Of a DNA stretch of 34,656 nucleotides, positions 33,871 through 34,656 are shown one piece after another. How positions within the stretch are numbered: the first letter of the stretch is position 1; each line of letters begins with the position of its first letter. The position numbers and the translations under genes are program-made. Under the pieces are notes generated by a model. It was not told where the DNA came from. It ran no database searches and saw nothing but the letters and a program-made list of their open reading frames with translations. Source of the DNA: Priapulus caudatus (Eukaryota); contig NW_014577072.1 in NCBI RefSeq assembly GCF_000485595.1, positions 808,537 through 843,192 of the forward strand, in the 5' to 3' direction.

Positions 33871-34266
33871 CTATAGTGCGAGCGAAACAATACGCATTAC
33901 TAATAGTCACTTTACTAGTTTGGAGACCCCGTTATAATTACATACGATCTGAAATAGAGCACACGTTGTAAAGGAAATGCAGTGGGTGTATCTGCTTGCT
34001 ACAGTGTTACAAATAGAGTTAGTTGAAACTAACAGCTACTGATGACACTTTACGAGGGTGCCGCTGAATCGTCATTGAGTCACACACTCAATCGCAGTCG
34101 TTGAGCCATTAATATATGCACAACGTTTTCGTCACTGGACTATACGACATGTTTCTCTGAGAACACTTTGATCAGCTAGTTTCAGTAAATATAGATCCAT
34201 GTGTATAGTAAAGTACGCGTTCTTAGTCGAAGTACTTTACTAGAATGAAGGTCTACAAGGAAGTAC

Positions 34267-34375
34267 CTTATTAGTCTGAGCGGTCGGGGATCGCGCAGGA
34301 CTCGGAGGCTTGGCTTTGGACGTTGGTTTTGTCGCCAGGTTCTCATACAAACGAAGCTTTTCATTGACGGAAACC
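34267..34375 (-). CDS. Unidentified gene, most upstream exon visible in the window
   Basis: GTTTTAG|..VSVNEKLRLYENLATKPTSKAKPPSPARSPTAQTNK|GTACTT; phase 2/0. Confidence 0.72.
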
Positions 34376-34419
34376 CTAAAACGACAAGTAGATTGAATTG
34401 TTACAATACCTTCTCCCAC

Positions 34420-34656
<237 letters not shown>

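Noticed and set aside
34037..34110. CTGATGA...CTGA as a C/D snoRNA or hammerhead core
   Set aside because: It is antisense to the host intron, has no terminal stem and no correctly placed GAAA with stems.

Overview
Eukaryotic (invertebrate animal-type) draft-assembly window with four N-gaps, many microsatellites and non-autonomous DNA transposons. Most ORFs in the supplied track are artefacts of gaps and simple repeats. Four protein-coding genes can be rebuilt by hand from splice signals and reading phase. (1) UQCR11, the 59-aa cytochrome bc1 subunit, has two coding exons on + (3373-3425, 7181-7307). (2) A ~650-aa GPR158/GPR179-like class C GPCR (signal peptide, Cache domain, Cys-rich linker, 7TM, short tail) has 11-12 exons on - (21711 to ~11871); exon 2 is frameshifted and there is a phase conflict at the TM7 exon. 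(3) An intronless, GC-rich glycosyltransferase family 92 (DUF23) gene lies on + (28470-30032). (4) The last six exons of an unidentified coiled-coil/low-complexity protein lie on - (34375 to 31365). The most unusual non-coding items are a 37-bp all-TIR micro-transposon in three copies with 7-bp target duplications, a 186-bp tandem array carrying CTCF-like motifs between two divergent genes, telomeric (TTAGGG)n tracts enclosed by inverted repeats, and tiny TAG-ended elements with 9-bp TSDs. All calls come from reading the sequence by eye; no searches were run.
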